Shown one piece after another: positions 40,276 through 48,883 of a DNA stretch of 64,000 bases. The stretch spans positions 6,859-70,858 of the IMG/VR virus record IMGVR_UViG_3300028835_001449; one strand, written 5' to 3'. The stretch's first letter is position 1; each line of letters starts with the position of its first letter. The notes beneath the pieces were generated by a model. The model did not search any database and was not told where the DNA came from. It saw nothing but the letters and a program-made list of their open reading frames with translations. Both the position numbers and the translations under genes were made by a program. Source of the stretch: a virus.

Positions 40276-41493
40276 TTACGAGCTGGATATGTTGATAGTT
40301 GCCAAGCCGTCTTTGATAAGAGTTCCGTATGCAAATCGACTCATCAATCCCTTGCGGGGGATGAAGTCATTAGGGTCAACAATCTTCGGGGTCATATAGA
40401 GTGGAATGTACGGAGAGAAGAATCCAACTGCATCTGTCCAAGTCGAACCTTTATAACCCATCAGCATAGTTCCTGGATTAGCCCAATACGGATCTTTGTA
40501 AACGTTGAACCTGTTATTGAGTGTTCCTTCTAAAACTCTGCCAATCGAACCTGTGGTTGTGTCTGGTGATTCGGTGTATTTGAACTCTTCGAGCTTTTCG
40601 AGCCTGACAATGTCATCGGGATGACCGATGATCCAAGTTCCTGGTCTGTAGCGTTTCTTGAAAATGAGATTTGAGCAGTCACACACTGCTTCATACAGAG
40701 TTTTCTTATAGGCTGTTCGATCAATGGTTTTGACATCCTGAGTGAGCCATCCACTTGGGTTCCAGGTAACGGTTCCGGCACCTGTACCACTTCCACTTCC
40801 AGTTCCACCTGCACCTGCTAAGAGAGCGGCAATAACAAGACCATCGATTTCTCGAATGATCTGATCCTGCAGAGCTTTCATAAGTTCTGTTTCTGCACTG
40901 AGCCTGTGATATGCCATTAAGTCTTGCTCTAACTCAATGGTCCATTTCGCTTTCAGAGCCTTTTCAATTGCACTGATGGTTTCGTCGGTTATCTCCAGAT
41001 CGAGTTCTTTTACGGCAGCTCCGGCTTTGGTTTCGACTCTGGTGGCATAGTCTTTGTCACGAACATCGGCAACGGAATCCGCAGCACTTCCACCTGATGG
41101 TGCTGTGGTATACGTGAAGTCGAGATAGAAAATTTTAGCATCGGGTTGAGAAATGGGCTGAATTGACACTAAATCCATGGCAATCAGCTTGGCAAAGATT
41201 TTTCTGACAAGGGGCATAGCAATGGTAACGAACGAAGAGATGTCACCCGTCCATGTGGTTGCTTCGTCGATCATGGCATTGGCTTGGTTTTCCAAGCACC
41301 GAGCTAGAACATAATCCTTGCTATCGAGGTCTTTCTCCCTGATAGCATTCTGATCGAGGTCTTCTGTCAACGCTTCATAACTGTCACCGAAGAATTTTAC
41401 GGGGTCCTCCTTGAGCAATGCGAGTTCGGGGTTCTCATCCATCTGAGATTCATACCGGGCTTTGAATCTGTCTGTGGCTGTTGATCGCTTCAT
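40276..41493 (-). CDS. Major capsid protein, T4 gp23-like
   Basis: PLVRKIF..LIAMDLVSIQP...IFYL, LKAKWTIELEQDL..YH...AETEL...IIREID, FSPYIPL, DF.PRKGLMSRFA. Confidence 0.93.
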   Translation of the reverse strand: MKRSTATDRFKARYESQMDENPELALLKEDPVKFFGDSYEALTEDLDQNAIREKDLDSKDYVLARCLENQANAMIDEATTWTGDISSFVTIAMPLVRKIFAKLIAMDLVSIQPISQPDAKIFYLDFTYTTAPSGGSAADSVADVRDKDYATRVETKAGAAVKELDLEITDETISAIEKALKAKWTIELEQDLMAYHRLSAETELMKALQDQIIREIDGLVIAALLAGAGGTGSGSGTGAGTVTWNPSGWLTQDVKTIDRTAYKKTLYEAVCDCSNLIFKKRYRPGTWIIGHPDDIVRLEKLEEFKYTESPDTTTGSIGRVLEGTLNNRFNVYKDPYWANPGTMLMGYKGSTWTDAVGFFSPYIPLYMTPKIVDPNDFIPRKGLMSRFAYGTLIKDGLATINISSS

Positions 41494-42794
41494 TATTTTT
41501 CCTCCTTCTTCTTGGATTTGATACCGGCGCGAGCTTTAACCCGCTCCTTAATGCCATCACCTTCGGCTACTTCCTCTTCGGTTTCATGTTCACCTTTACC
41601 TTTACCCTTTGGTTCACCATTCTCCTTCTCAAGAGCTGTGATGAGTTCGGTATAAGTTTTGAGACCCTCATCGACGTCCTCAATGGTTTTGCAGTCCTTC
41701 AACTTATCCCTCAACACATCCTTGAGAGGATGCTTCTCGGTTTTCACTAACAAATGAGCCTGGGCTTCATCCTTTGCCTTTTCTTTTTCGAGTTCGGCGA
41801 GTTTGTCTTCCTTTGTTTTTAAGGCCGCCTTGTTTGCTTCAGCCTCCCGCTCGAGTTCTACTACCTTCAATTTTGCAGCTGCGAGGATTTCATCTTCTGT
41901 CTCACCTTCAGATTCTGCTTTAAGATATTCTCCGCTTCGAAGCAAGTCAACAATGGATTCAATGGTTGCAAGATGACGCTCTATTTCGGCATCCTTTTCT
42001 GTCACTTCGGCTTCAAGGTCAGTAATACGAGTTTCGCATGCTGTCTTTTCTCCTTCGAGCTTGGTTATCGCTTTCTGCTCATCAGTCGACTCTGCCTCTT
42101 TTTCAACCTCTTTCTTGATGGTTTTGCGCTCTTCTTCGATGATTTCCTTTAAGGCATCGGGATTTTCCTTCCTCAGCTCATCGGCAGTTAAATCTTTTAA
42201 TTCTTTCTTCATTGGAGTCTCCTCCGTATCTAAATTTTGTTCCAGTGCCTGCTCAATGACCTTTGTTACACGGGCATTTCGCACACTAGGATCGATTACA
42301 AAATCGATCGAATCAAACCTATACCCTAGTTGTATTACCGAAACATCACCTACACCTTTTATCTTAGTTGATTTTGACTGTCCTTTACCTCTAGACGAGA
42401 AGCCTGGCCTTCCGCCAGCTCTCAATATTTCCTGAATAATTTCACCCTGTGGGGTGTTAAAAACGAGCATTTCCCCCATCAACTTGTTTGACTCTGCATC
42501 CTTCCACCACAATTTCCTGAGAAGATGGGATGAATCACCTAACTTTCCTCTCCATTCTGGATGATCTACCTCGCCAAATACACGACCACTTGCCATCTTC
42601 TGCTTTGCCGCTCTCATAGCTTCGGCGAGAACGGCTTTTGGATACTTTCGCTTATTTTGATTTACAATCTCAGCTTCTTGAACAACCCCCTGTACACGCA
42701 TACGTTTTTCGCCTGACTCTTCATCTTCCTCCTCGTCGAACGTCAAGTCAGACCAATAAATATCACGTATCTCTATAATCTTCTCACCGTCCAT
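41493..42794 (-). CDS. Prohead protease (T4 gp21-like) fused to coiled-coil scaffold region
   Basis: QGVVQEAEIVNQNKRKYP, GEVDHP, NTPQG, GFSSRGKG, DFVIDPS; charged coiled-coil C-terminal half. Confidence 0.88.
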   Translation of the reverse strand: MDGEKIIEIRDIYWSDLTFDEEEDEESGEKRMRVQGVVQEAEIVNQNKRKYPKAVLAEAMRAAKQKMASGRVFGEVDHPEWRGKLGDSSHLLRKLWWKDAESNKLMGEMLVFNTPQGEIIQEILRAGGRPGFSSRGKGQSKSTKIKGVGDVSVIQLGYRFDSIDFVIDPSVRNARVTKVIEQALEQNLDTEETPMKKELKDLTADELRKENPDALKEIIEEERKTIKKEVEKEAESTDEQKAITKLEGEKTACETRITDLEAEVTEKDAEIERHLATIESIVDLLRSGEYLKAESEGETEDEILAAAKLKVVELEREAEANKAALKTKEDKLAELEKEKAKDEAQAHLLVKTEKHPLKDVLRDKLKDCKTIEDVDEGLKTYTELITALEKENGEPKGKGKGEHETEEEVAEGDGIKERVKARAGIKSKKKEEK

Positions 42795-42814
42795 GCGTGA
42801 GCCTCCTTTCTGTT

Positions 42815-42843
42815 AGATTTCCAGAACACATTGCAGTTGTCAA
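42815..42843 (-). promoter_or_regulatory. Phage promoter class B (TTGACA-ACTGCAAT...-AAATCT)
   Basis: Upstream of protease/MCP; motif shared with three other sites. Confidence 0.7.
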
Positions 42844-42875
42844 CCTTTTCCTAAATAAACCGTCAACCTCCTACC

Positions 42876-42943
42876 TTACGGTATCTCCAAAGTCGGCGTT
42901 ATAGAAAGCCCCTTCGGCGGGGTTGTGTGGACCGCAGCTACAT
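42876..42943 (-). pseudogene. Deletion remnant of a paralog of 43470..43916
   Basis: GGAGG-ATG-TAG, with out-of-frame VAAVHTTPPKGLSITPTLEIP* matching VVAVHTTPPKGLTVSAIFI*. Confidence 0.7.
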
Positions 42944-42955
42944 TTTAGCCTCCTT

Positions 42956-43465
42956 TTAAATAATCATCATGACTGGACCCTTGTATGTTTTGGGATCGGG
43001 AACTTCGAGTTCCATCAAGGTTATCCTAATCTCCTCGCCTGCTCCAATTATGTTGTACGCAAAATGAACCTCAAGTGCGGAATAATCTGTAATCAACTCA
43101 GCCTCCTCTCCTCCCAATACGGATCTGATGTCAAACGAGTAGTCTATCCTAGGCATCGCCTTCTTACTGTATAACTGCTTAATCAATGTTTCTCCTTGAT
43201 ACAGCCATCCATCAAGACTTTCACCTTTTCCTGAACCGATCGCCCTCGCCCACATTGTAAATATATGGTCAGGACTAGATCTTACACGTGGCTCTTCGAC
43301 CTCGCTTAGACCAAGTTTTATCAAACCATTTCCTTCAACACATTTAATATACGAAGCATCGTCGTCTCTGATTTCATCGTCCACGGCTTCGTGGTGAGTA
43401 GGCGCACCGATCACTGCCCACCCAGCACTGTCTATCGTACTGTTAGGTCGTGCTATTTGACTCAT
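42956..43465 (-). CDS. Putative head decoration/fibre domain protein
   Basis: ARPNS...W...H.AVDD...DDD.SYI; head-region context. Confidence 0.5.
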   Translation of the reverse strand: MSQIARPNSTIDSAGWAVIGAPTHHEAVDDEIRDDDASYIKCVEGNGLIKLGLSEVEEPRVRSSPDHIFTMWARAIGSGKGESLDGWLYQGETLIKQLYSKKAMPRIDYSFDIRSVLGGEEAELITDYSALEVHFAYNIIGAGEEIRITLMELEVPDPKTYKGPVMMII

Positions 43466-43469
43466 CTTA

Positions 43470-43916
43470 CTATATGAAAATCGCAGATACGGTCAGCCCT
43501 TTGGGCGGTGTCGTATGCACAGCAACAACGTCGGCACGGATTGTATCTCCTGTCAGGATTTCAGACTGGGCCGGGTCTATCTCACAGTTATCTGCCCACC
43601 ATACGTCGCCTATCTGTATGTTCGTTATGAACATGTAATAATTACTCCCTTCCCTTCTCTTTGCCAGTCGAACATCTGTAGAGCCAGTTATCCCTTTGCT
43701 GTTGCCCACTGATGCTATAGCGGCAACCAGATTCATGCCGTTCATGGCGGTGGGGACGACAAACATCGTCGGCCCGGGATTGGCCATATTTACGGATACA
43801 TCCCTCTCAAATAAACAGATACCGAATCCTCTGTCACTTCCAATTCCTACGTGGCTATGTAAGTCTGTTAATCCTCCACCAACCAAATCGGCATGTCCAA
43901 AAAGGACCTTGCCCAT
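43470..43916 (-). CDS. Putative head fibre protein
   Basis: LVGGGLTDLHSH fibre-like motif followed by a beta-sandwich-like domain. Confidence 0.5.
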   Translation of the reverse strand: MGKVLFGHADLVGGGLTDLHSHVGIGSDRGFGICLFERDVSVNMANPGPTMFVVPTAMNGMNLVAAIASVGNSKGITGSTDVRLAKRREGSNYYMFITNIQIGDVWWADNCEIDPAQSEILTGDTIRADVVAVHTTPPKGLTVSAIFI

Positions 43917-43931
43917 CGAGCCTCACTAAAA

Positions 43932-44429
43932 TTAAGACTCAGGTGTGTCTTCGTAGTCTGCTTCCATCTTGCCATCTGCTTTTCGAACGATGTAATTGAC
44001 TCTGTGTTCACCTACGACCGGCTCGGACTTGACTAACTTCAAGTCAACTGGACTCAGTGCAGCTTCACGAGTGATCGGAACGGCGGCGGTATTGATCTGC
44101 CCCACTACCTCATCGTCAGTCGGGCTTACTTCTGCGCCCTCTTCGATTCCAGTCAACTTGGTATCTTTGGTGTCGGTAAAAGCGTTTGGCTCTGCTTCAT
44201 AAGCTGTTTTGATCTCTGCTCCACTCTGATCTACTTGCGCGCCATCCTCGATACCATCAAGCTTGGTCTCTTTTACCGTTGTGATCTTCTGGAAGTCGGC
44301 GCTCTCTTTAAGTGCGGGGTCTTCAATCGCATCCACACGGGTAATAGGAACGGCGGCGGTGTTAACCTTTCCAACGATCTCATCATCCGTATAAGACTGC
44401 GCATTTGGGTCTAGTGTCATTTTACCCAT
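43932..44429 (-). CDS. Putative head fibre protein with internal repeats
   Basis: TDDE[IV]VG..NTAAVPITR x2; TKL.GIE.GA.V x2. Confidence 0.6.
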   Translation of the reverse strand: MGKMTLDPNAQSYTDDEIVGKVNTAAVPITRVDAIEDPALKESADFQKITTVKETKLDGIEDGAQVDQSGAEIKTAYEAEPNAFTDTKDTKLTGIEEGAEVSPTDDEVVGQINTAAVPITREAALSPVDLKLVKSEPVVGEHRVNYIVRKADGKMEADYEDTPES

Positions 44430-44463
44430 TTTAAAGCCTCCTTATAAAATTTTGTCAACCAAC

Positions 44464-44703
44464 CTACACCGGCGTATCGTCAAATACCACCTCAAACCGC
44501 CTCGTCTCTGGATTCCAATAGAAATTTTTTACCGCTTGCATACCGATCGGGGGATAGGACTTCACTGTGGGAGCCCCATTGGGAGGAACTTCGTCCTCCA
44601 TGCTCAGCCATTTTGTCTCGCCCGGTTGCAACGTATGTGGATTCATCCACTGATCATAATAGACCTGTGGACTCAGCGTATCGTTATTATACTCTTTTAG
44701 CAG
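44464..44703 (-). CDS. 79-aa protein with shared N-terminal motif; CTG start
   Basis: GGAGG-6nt-CTG at 44703, in frame with ORF 44464..44646; gives MLKEYNNDTLSPQVYYDQWMNPHTLQPGET. Confidence 0.72.
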   Translation of the reverse strand: MLKEYNNDTLSPQVYYDQWMNPHTLQPGETKWLSMEDEVPPNGAPTVKSYPPIGMQAVKNFYWNPETRRFEVVFDDTPV

Positions 44704-44723
44704 TTTTAACCTCCAAGCGTCTG

Positions 44724-45443
44724 CTAATCTAAAAGTGACTTCACAGCAATTGCCACCACAACGAGCAAAACGCCTCCACCTGCTCCCTTAAATAAAGAGG
44801 CTGTCCGGGCACGCTTGCTCGCTTTCAACGCAATCGCACAATTCGTCTGCACAATCTCACTATCCGTCAACCTTTTTGCCCAGGCCGCATTATTCTCGTC
44901 CCAAGACTTCTTAACACTTATCTTGAATTCCTCCATCTCCTGCCTCAACCCGGCTGTTGTTTCCAACTCCGTCTCGTACAGAGCCTTGTACTTACCCCTA
45001 TCCTTGAACACGGCCAGCGTCAGCTCTGCGCCCTTCCGGGTCGATAAAAAGAAGCCCGAGTTTGTCAGCGTGAACTCATTGCCGACAACCTTGTTCAGCT
45101 CAAACACGACCTCATCATCGCCCGCTTCGGCAATCGCTTCTAAGGACTCCTCATACTTTTCTTCGATTGCCTCTTTTTCGGCATTTGCTTTTGCCACAAT
45201 CTCATCTGCTACACGAGTAACGCCTTCGAGCTTTTCATTGAACTTGGTATTGATATCTGCTTTCTCCTTCTTCCACGCCCCCTTATCGGTATCATACTTC
45301 TCCTGAAGAGCCTTAGCCCTGCCCTCCATCACGTACGCTTTGGTGCTGATGTTGTTCAGAATGAAATAGCCAATGATGAGTATGATCACAACGACAGCAA
45401 TTTCAAAGATCGTACGTTTGATATTCTTTGTCATTGCCTTCAC
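44724..45443 (-). CDS. Membrane-anchored coiled-coil protein (spanin-like)
   Basis: N-terminal TM, long coiled coil, C-terminal hydrophobic helix; adjacent to small TM genes. Confidence 0.5.
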   Translation of the reverse strand: MKAMTKNIKRTIFEIAVVVIILIIGYFILNNISTKAYVMEGRAKALQEKYDTDKGAWKKEKADINTKFNEKLEGVTRVADEIVAKANAEKEAIEEKYEESLEAIAEAGDDEVVFELNKVVGNEFTLTNSGFFLSTRKGAELTLAVFKDRGKYKALYETELETTAGLRQEMEEFKISVKKSWDENNAAWAKRLTDSEIVQTNCAIALKASKRARTASLFKGAGGGVLLVVVAIAVKSLLD

Positions 45444-45446
45444 CTC

Positions 45447-45818
45447 CTATTTGGATTTCCTCTTACTTTCAATCTTACCAAACCTCTTCTCACATTTGAG
45501 CACTTGGTCGGCATACTTCTGAGGAATTTCTGCTAGCTTGTCTGTCACTTCCTTTAACTCTTTCCGCTGTGTTTCCTTGTTCGCAACAAAAAAGTCCACC
45601 TGCGTCTTCACGATGCCCAGATCAACCTTGCACTGCCCCATATCAGTACTCACGCCATCAAGTTTCTCCTCAATTCTCTTCAGTGGGTCATCAGCTTCCG
45701 ACCCCGGATTCTTCCTCATCCTGTTCAATATCCAACGAACGAAATTAAACACCTCTTTCAGAATCAACAACGCTATTCCTGTTCCGATTACTGCGGCTAC
45801 CGTCCTGCTAATTTCCAT
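45447..45818 (-). CDS. Single-TM coiled-coil protein (holin/antiholin-like)
   Basis: N-terminal TM then charged coiled coil. Confidence 0.45.
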   Translation of the reverse strand: MEISRTVAAVIGTGIALLILKEVFNFVRWILNRMRKNPGSEADDPLKRIEEKLDGVSTDMGQCKVDLGIVKTQVDFFVANKETQRKELKEVTDKLAEIPQKYADQVLKCEKRFGKIESKRKSK

Positions 45819-46036
45819 TACTTCTTCCCCAAGACATCAGTAAATGTCAGGCAACCATCTATAATGCCAACCAACCCAACGCATAGTATCGAGAACTTGA
45901 ACCAATCTCCCGATGTGTCGTTTGTAATTTTTGCAAGTGCATACGCAATTATCGTGAGCACTAACGCCAGAACCCCCATCTTAATCCTTCGGTTTCTCTC
46001 TTCATTGTTTTTCATCTTTCCTCCTTTGGAAATCAT
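45818..46036 (-). CDS. Two-TM protein (holin candidate)
   Basis: Two hydrophobic helices, charged termini. Confidence 0.5.
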   Translation of the reverse strand: MISKGGKMKNNEERNRRIKMGVLALVLTIIAYALAKITNDTSGDWFKFSILCVGLVGIIDGCLTFTDVLGKK

Positions 46037-46097
46037 TCTCTATCAATGAGCTCATGCCAAATCATGCACAGAGCCGCAACCGCTCTGCCCTCCTCGA

Positions 46098-46778
46098 TTA
46101 TTCCATATCTGTCATCTCCTTCCATTTCAATCTGAGACTCCCCTCATTGTTATCGGCATAAGACATCGCCCTCACCAAATACTTCGTATTCTGCTTTAGA
46201 ACAACCCCGACGCGCTGAGACTCATCTGCCGCTTTTGCCGCTACTTCAGTTGCTATACAACACGCAGCGTCGGCCTTGTCCACTGTGGCTCCCTTCGTGA
46301 TAGTAAGCCCTGATTCGCCACTGCTCAAATTTCTATTTCTATTTACGGGCACTACGGCAACTCCTCCCGACACATCAAACTTAGAAGGATCGCCTCCATC
46401 TTCAAACAATTCCCAATACGCAGGAGTATTCGCGTCACAAAAGATACTTAGGTGAGCCCATTTGAGAGTGTCTGGCACTATGATGTAAAATGTTAATGGA
46501 GCGTCCATATCAAATTCATCGAGGGCGGTTCTCTGACTTACCATAAACGCATTTCCTTCGTGTACCGCATTTTGCATGATACTCGCTGTAATCAAAGCAA
46601 AAGAGGATGCAGCGAGTCTCGGATATTGATACGTCGCCCCTGTATACCCACGAGGGGCTCCGCCTCCTGGATCTGTCTCATATGTTATAGTCTCACCCGG
46701 TTCCGCCATATGTGGAATGCCATACTGATCATATCTGACCTGCCGAATACTCGTATTATTCCTGTAAGAAACTGTCAT
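46098..46778 (-). CDS. Putative virion protein with shared N-terminal motif + beta-rich domain
   Basis: YRNNTSIRQVRYDQYGIPHMAEPGE; HEGNAF, PVNRNR, VLKQNTKYLVR. Confidence 0.65.
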   Translation of the reverse strand: MTVSYRNNTSIRQVRYDQYGIPHMAEPGETITYETDPGGGAPRGYTGATYQYPRLAASSFALITASIMQNAVHEGNAFMVSQRTALDEFDMDAPLTFYIIVPDTLKWAHLSIFCDANTPAYWELFEDGGDPSKFDVSGGVAVVPVNRNRNLSSGESGLTITKGATVDKADAACCIATEVAAKAADESQRVGVVLKQNTKYLVRAMSYADNNEGSLRLKWKEMTDME

Positions 46779-46797
46779 CTAACACCTCCTTTACTAA

Positions 46798-46826
46798 ATA
46801 GTGTCCTAAAACATTGCAGTTGCCAA
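46798..46826 (-). promoter_or_regulatory. Phage promoter class B (TTGGCA-ACTGCAAT...-CACTAT)
   Basis: Motif and spacing conserved. Confidence 0.68.
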
Positions 46827-46832
46827 GCACCG

Positions 46833-47090
46833 TTATTTTAACGCCACCTTCATGGCTGCTTCGGGTTCTCCCATTATTACCGACTCCCCTGGCGTTCTGA
46901 ACACAGTTCCATCCGCTCGTTCAATATAAATTCCACTGTCGGGGACAATACTTTGAACCGTTCCCACTGTAAGTCGTTTGCCCTCAATTAACCATACCTC
47001 CATACCGACTCTCACGCAGGGACCCATTGCCCTATACTGCTGGATGTATTCTGGCGGCACCCTTACTTCTCTTAGAATGGGCATAACCAT
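46833..47090 (-). CDS. Hypothetical small beta protein
   Basis: Coupled ORF. Confidence 0.5.
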   Translation of the reverse strand: MVMPILREVRVPPEYIQQYRAMGPCVRVGMEVWLIEGKRLTVGTVQSIVPDSGIYIERADGTVFRTPGESVIMGEPEAAMKVALK

Positions 47091-48166
47091 ATTCCTTTTA
47101 CTAAGTCTAATCCCTTTGCCTTCAGGCTCTCGGCTATCTTTATAACTTCTTTAACGCTGTACCGAGGAATGACCCGCACGTTATATGACTTGGCCAACTT
47201 TATTAACTCGGCATTGACTAACTTTCTCTGAGCTATGAATATTGCCTGTTCCTCTCCCGCTGACAACGCTACCTTCGCTCTTAGCGTATACATCTGGGCA
47301 TACAAATCGTCGAACATTTTATGAACACCGCCGGACACAGCCTGTCCCGTCCGAGTCTGAACGAGGCATGCCGAAGCCTCTAACCCTGTTCTCGAAATCC
47401 CAGGTCCTGTTGCTCCTAACCCATCGAACCCACCTGGAGCTTCTACACCTCTTCCAGGTTTTACTGATACTAACGTACAATAACAATTATGCCTGCACGC
47501 AGTATCTCCCGCACGAGGAACTGTGGGAAGTGTCTTTGACGTATATGGAGACCTCGCTGCTATATCTTCACAGTCTCCACAATGAGGACCGAAAGGCATA
47601 CCCATTTCCCAATGGATGAGAAACGCTGTGCCCGTGCCTACTGTAAAGCCATTCCAGTACTGGGCATCGAGAGATTTAGCGTAATTGCCCGCTCGGACAC
47701 TTGGTGCTAACCTGCTCTTCTTCGCGCTAAGCTGGTCAAGAAACCTGCTGAAGTACCGTTCTTCAGTCTGTCTTGCCATCAACCCGAACTTCCGATCTAC
47801 GGCGGTTAACCCTATATCCTTGTAAAATGGATTGCCCGCTCGCATTGCTCCAAGCCTAAACGCACCTCTATATGTCTCGGTCGCTATGGTTCGGAATTGA
47901 GCTATGGTTGCAGAACGTGATAATCTGCCTGCATCGAAGTTTGCAATGAGGGATTTAAGTTGTTTCTCGAATCCCGTCCGCATCTTTGCATACGAGCTAA
48001 TTGATTTACGATATGCTCCTAAATCAAACCCTCCGACTGAAGCGTATGCTTGGGTGAATATGTCTCGCTCGATATCAGTTACCATCCCCGCGCCCATTAC
48101 TGACTTACGAGACTCAAGCCAGATTTCTCTATCTAACTGGCTTTCGGATATTGTCTGAGTATCCAC
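47072..48166 (-). CDS. Head morphogenesis (MuF/gp7-like) protein
   Basis: W.....HCGDC...SPY....LPTVP..G.T.C..NCYC; downstream of portal. Confidence 0.6.
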   Translation of the reverse strand: MDTQTISESQLDREIWLESRKSVMGAGMVTDIERDIFTQAYASVGGFDLGAYRKSISSYAKMRTGFEKQLKSLIANFDAGRLSRSATIAQFRTIATETYRGAFRLGAMRAGNPFYKDIGLTAVDRKFGLMARQTEERYFSRFLDQLSAKKSRLAPSVRAGNYAKSLDAQYWNGFTVGTGTAFLIHWEMGMPFGPHCGDCEDIAARSPYTSKTLPTVPRAGDTACRHNCYCTLVSVKPGRGVEAPGGFDGLGATGPGISRTGLEASACLVQTRTGQAVSGGVHKMFDDLYAQMYTLRAKVALSAGEEQAIFIAQRKLVNAELIKLAKSYNVRVIPRYSVKEVIKIAESLKAKGLDLVKGIWLCPF

Positions 48167-48873
48167 CTGCCACTCTCCGATTTCATGTATTTTGACTCAA
48201 ACTTATACCAAGCCCACACTCTCGGATCGGGCTTGTCTTCTTTCAACGCTTGAAGATAAAACTCCCGCCATTCTAAAGCGAGCGAAAGTCTGTAATTAAA
48301 TGTACGTCGCATAACAACACTGAGCTTATGAAGATGCATCCAGTTCTCCGGCATGACAATGAACTTGTGTGCCTTAATCCACACTCGGATCTTCGGTACG
48401 GTCCACTTCGTTTTAAGAAAGAGCAACGCCTGAACCTGCATCTTCTTGAGCTTCCGATGGAATCCATAGACAACTTGAATTCCCAATGTGACCTTTCCAA
48501 ACGGTTGCTGTCTGAACCTCTGAAACTGACCCGGCGACTTCTGCCTCACACGGTAATACTTGGCTGTCTTGGATCCGGGGTCAATCCCGGGCTCTGCTAA
48601 CATTGATTCCTTACCGGGTCCAGGTCGTGCCTTCCGTCTCATCGTTCCACCACATTTCTCGCACTTAATCGTATTGCAATGCTCACTTGTTTTTGTTGTC
48701 CACCCGCACTCGATACACTCGCAGGTATAGACCACTTCTTTCTTTGTCATTATCTCCCTCCCTTTGGCTCGATACCCTGCGTACGCTTTTTCTGCTGATG
48801 CCTTTGATTTATACATACAGGGACCCGAGCCGATACGATACTTGCCATTTGAACAAAGATAAACCGGGCTCAT
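48133..48873 (-). CDS. Multidomain protein with zinc ribbon and ChaB-like C-terminus
   Basis: CECIECG...CNTIKCEKCG; RVWAWYKFESKYMKSESGRW. Confidence 0.5.
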   Translation of the reverse strand: MSPVYLCSNGKYRIGSGPCMYKSKASAEKAYAGYRAKGREIMTKKEVVYTCECIECGWTTKTSEHCNTIKCEKCGGTMRRKARPGPGKESMLAEPGIDPGSKTAKYYRVRQKSPGQFQRFRQQPFGKVTLGIQVVYGFHRKLKKMQVQALLFLKTKWTVPKIRVWIKAHKFIVMPENWMHLHKLSVVMRRTFNYRLSLALEWREFYLQALKEDKPDPRVWAWYKFESKYMKSESGRWILRQYPKAS

Positions 48874-48883
48874 GATACCCTCC

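Noticed and set aside
42909-42922. CCCC-loop-GGGG hairpin as a terminator
   Set aside because: Stem is very short and is explained by the TPPKG codons of the gene remnant
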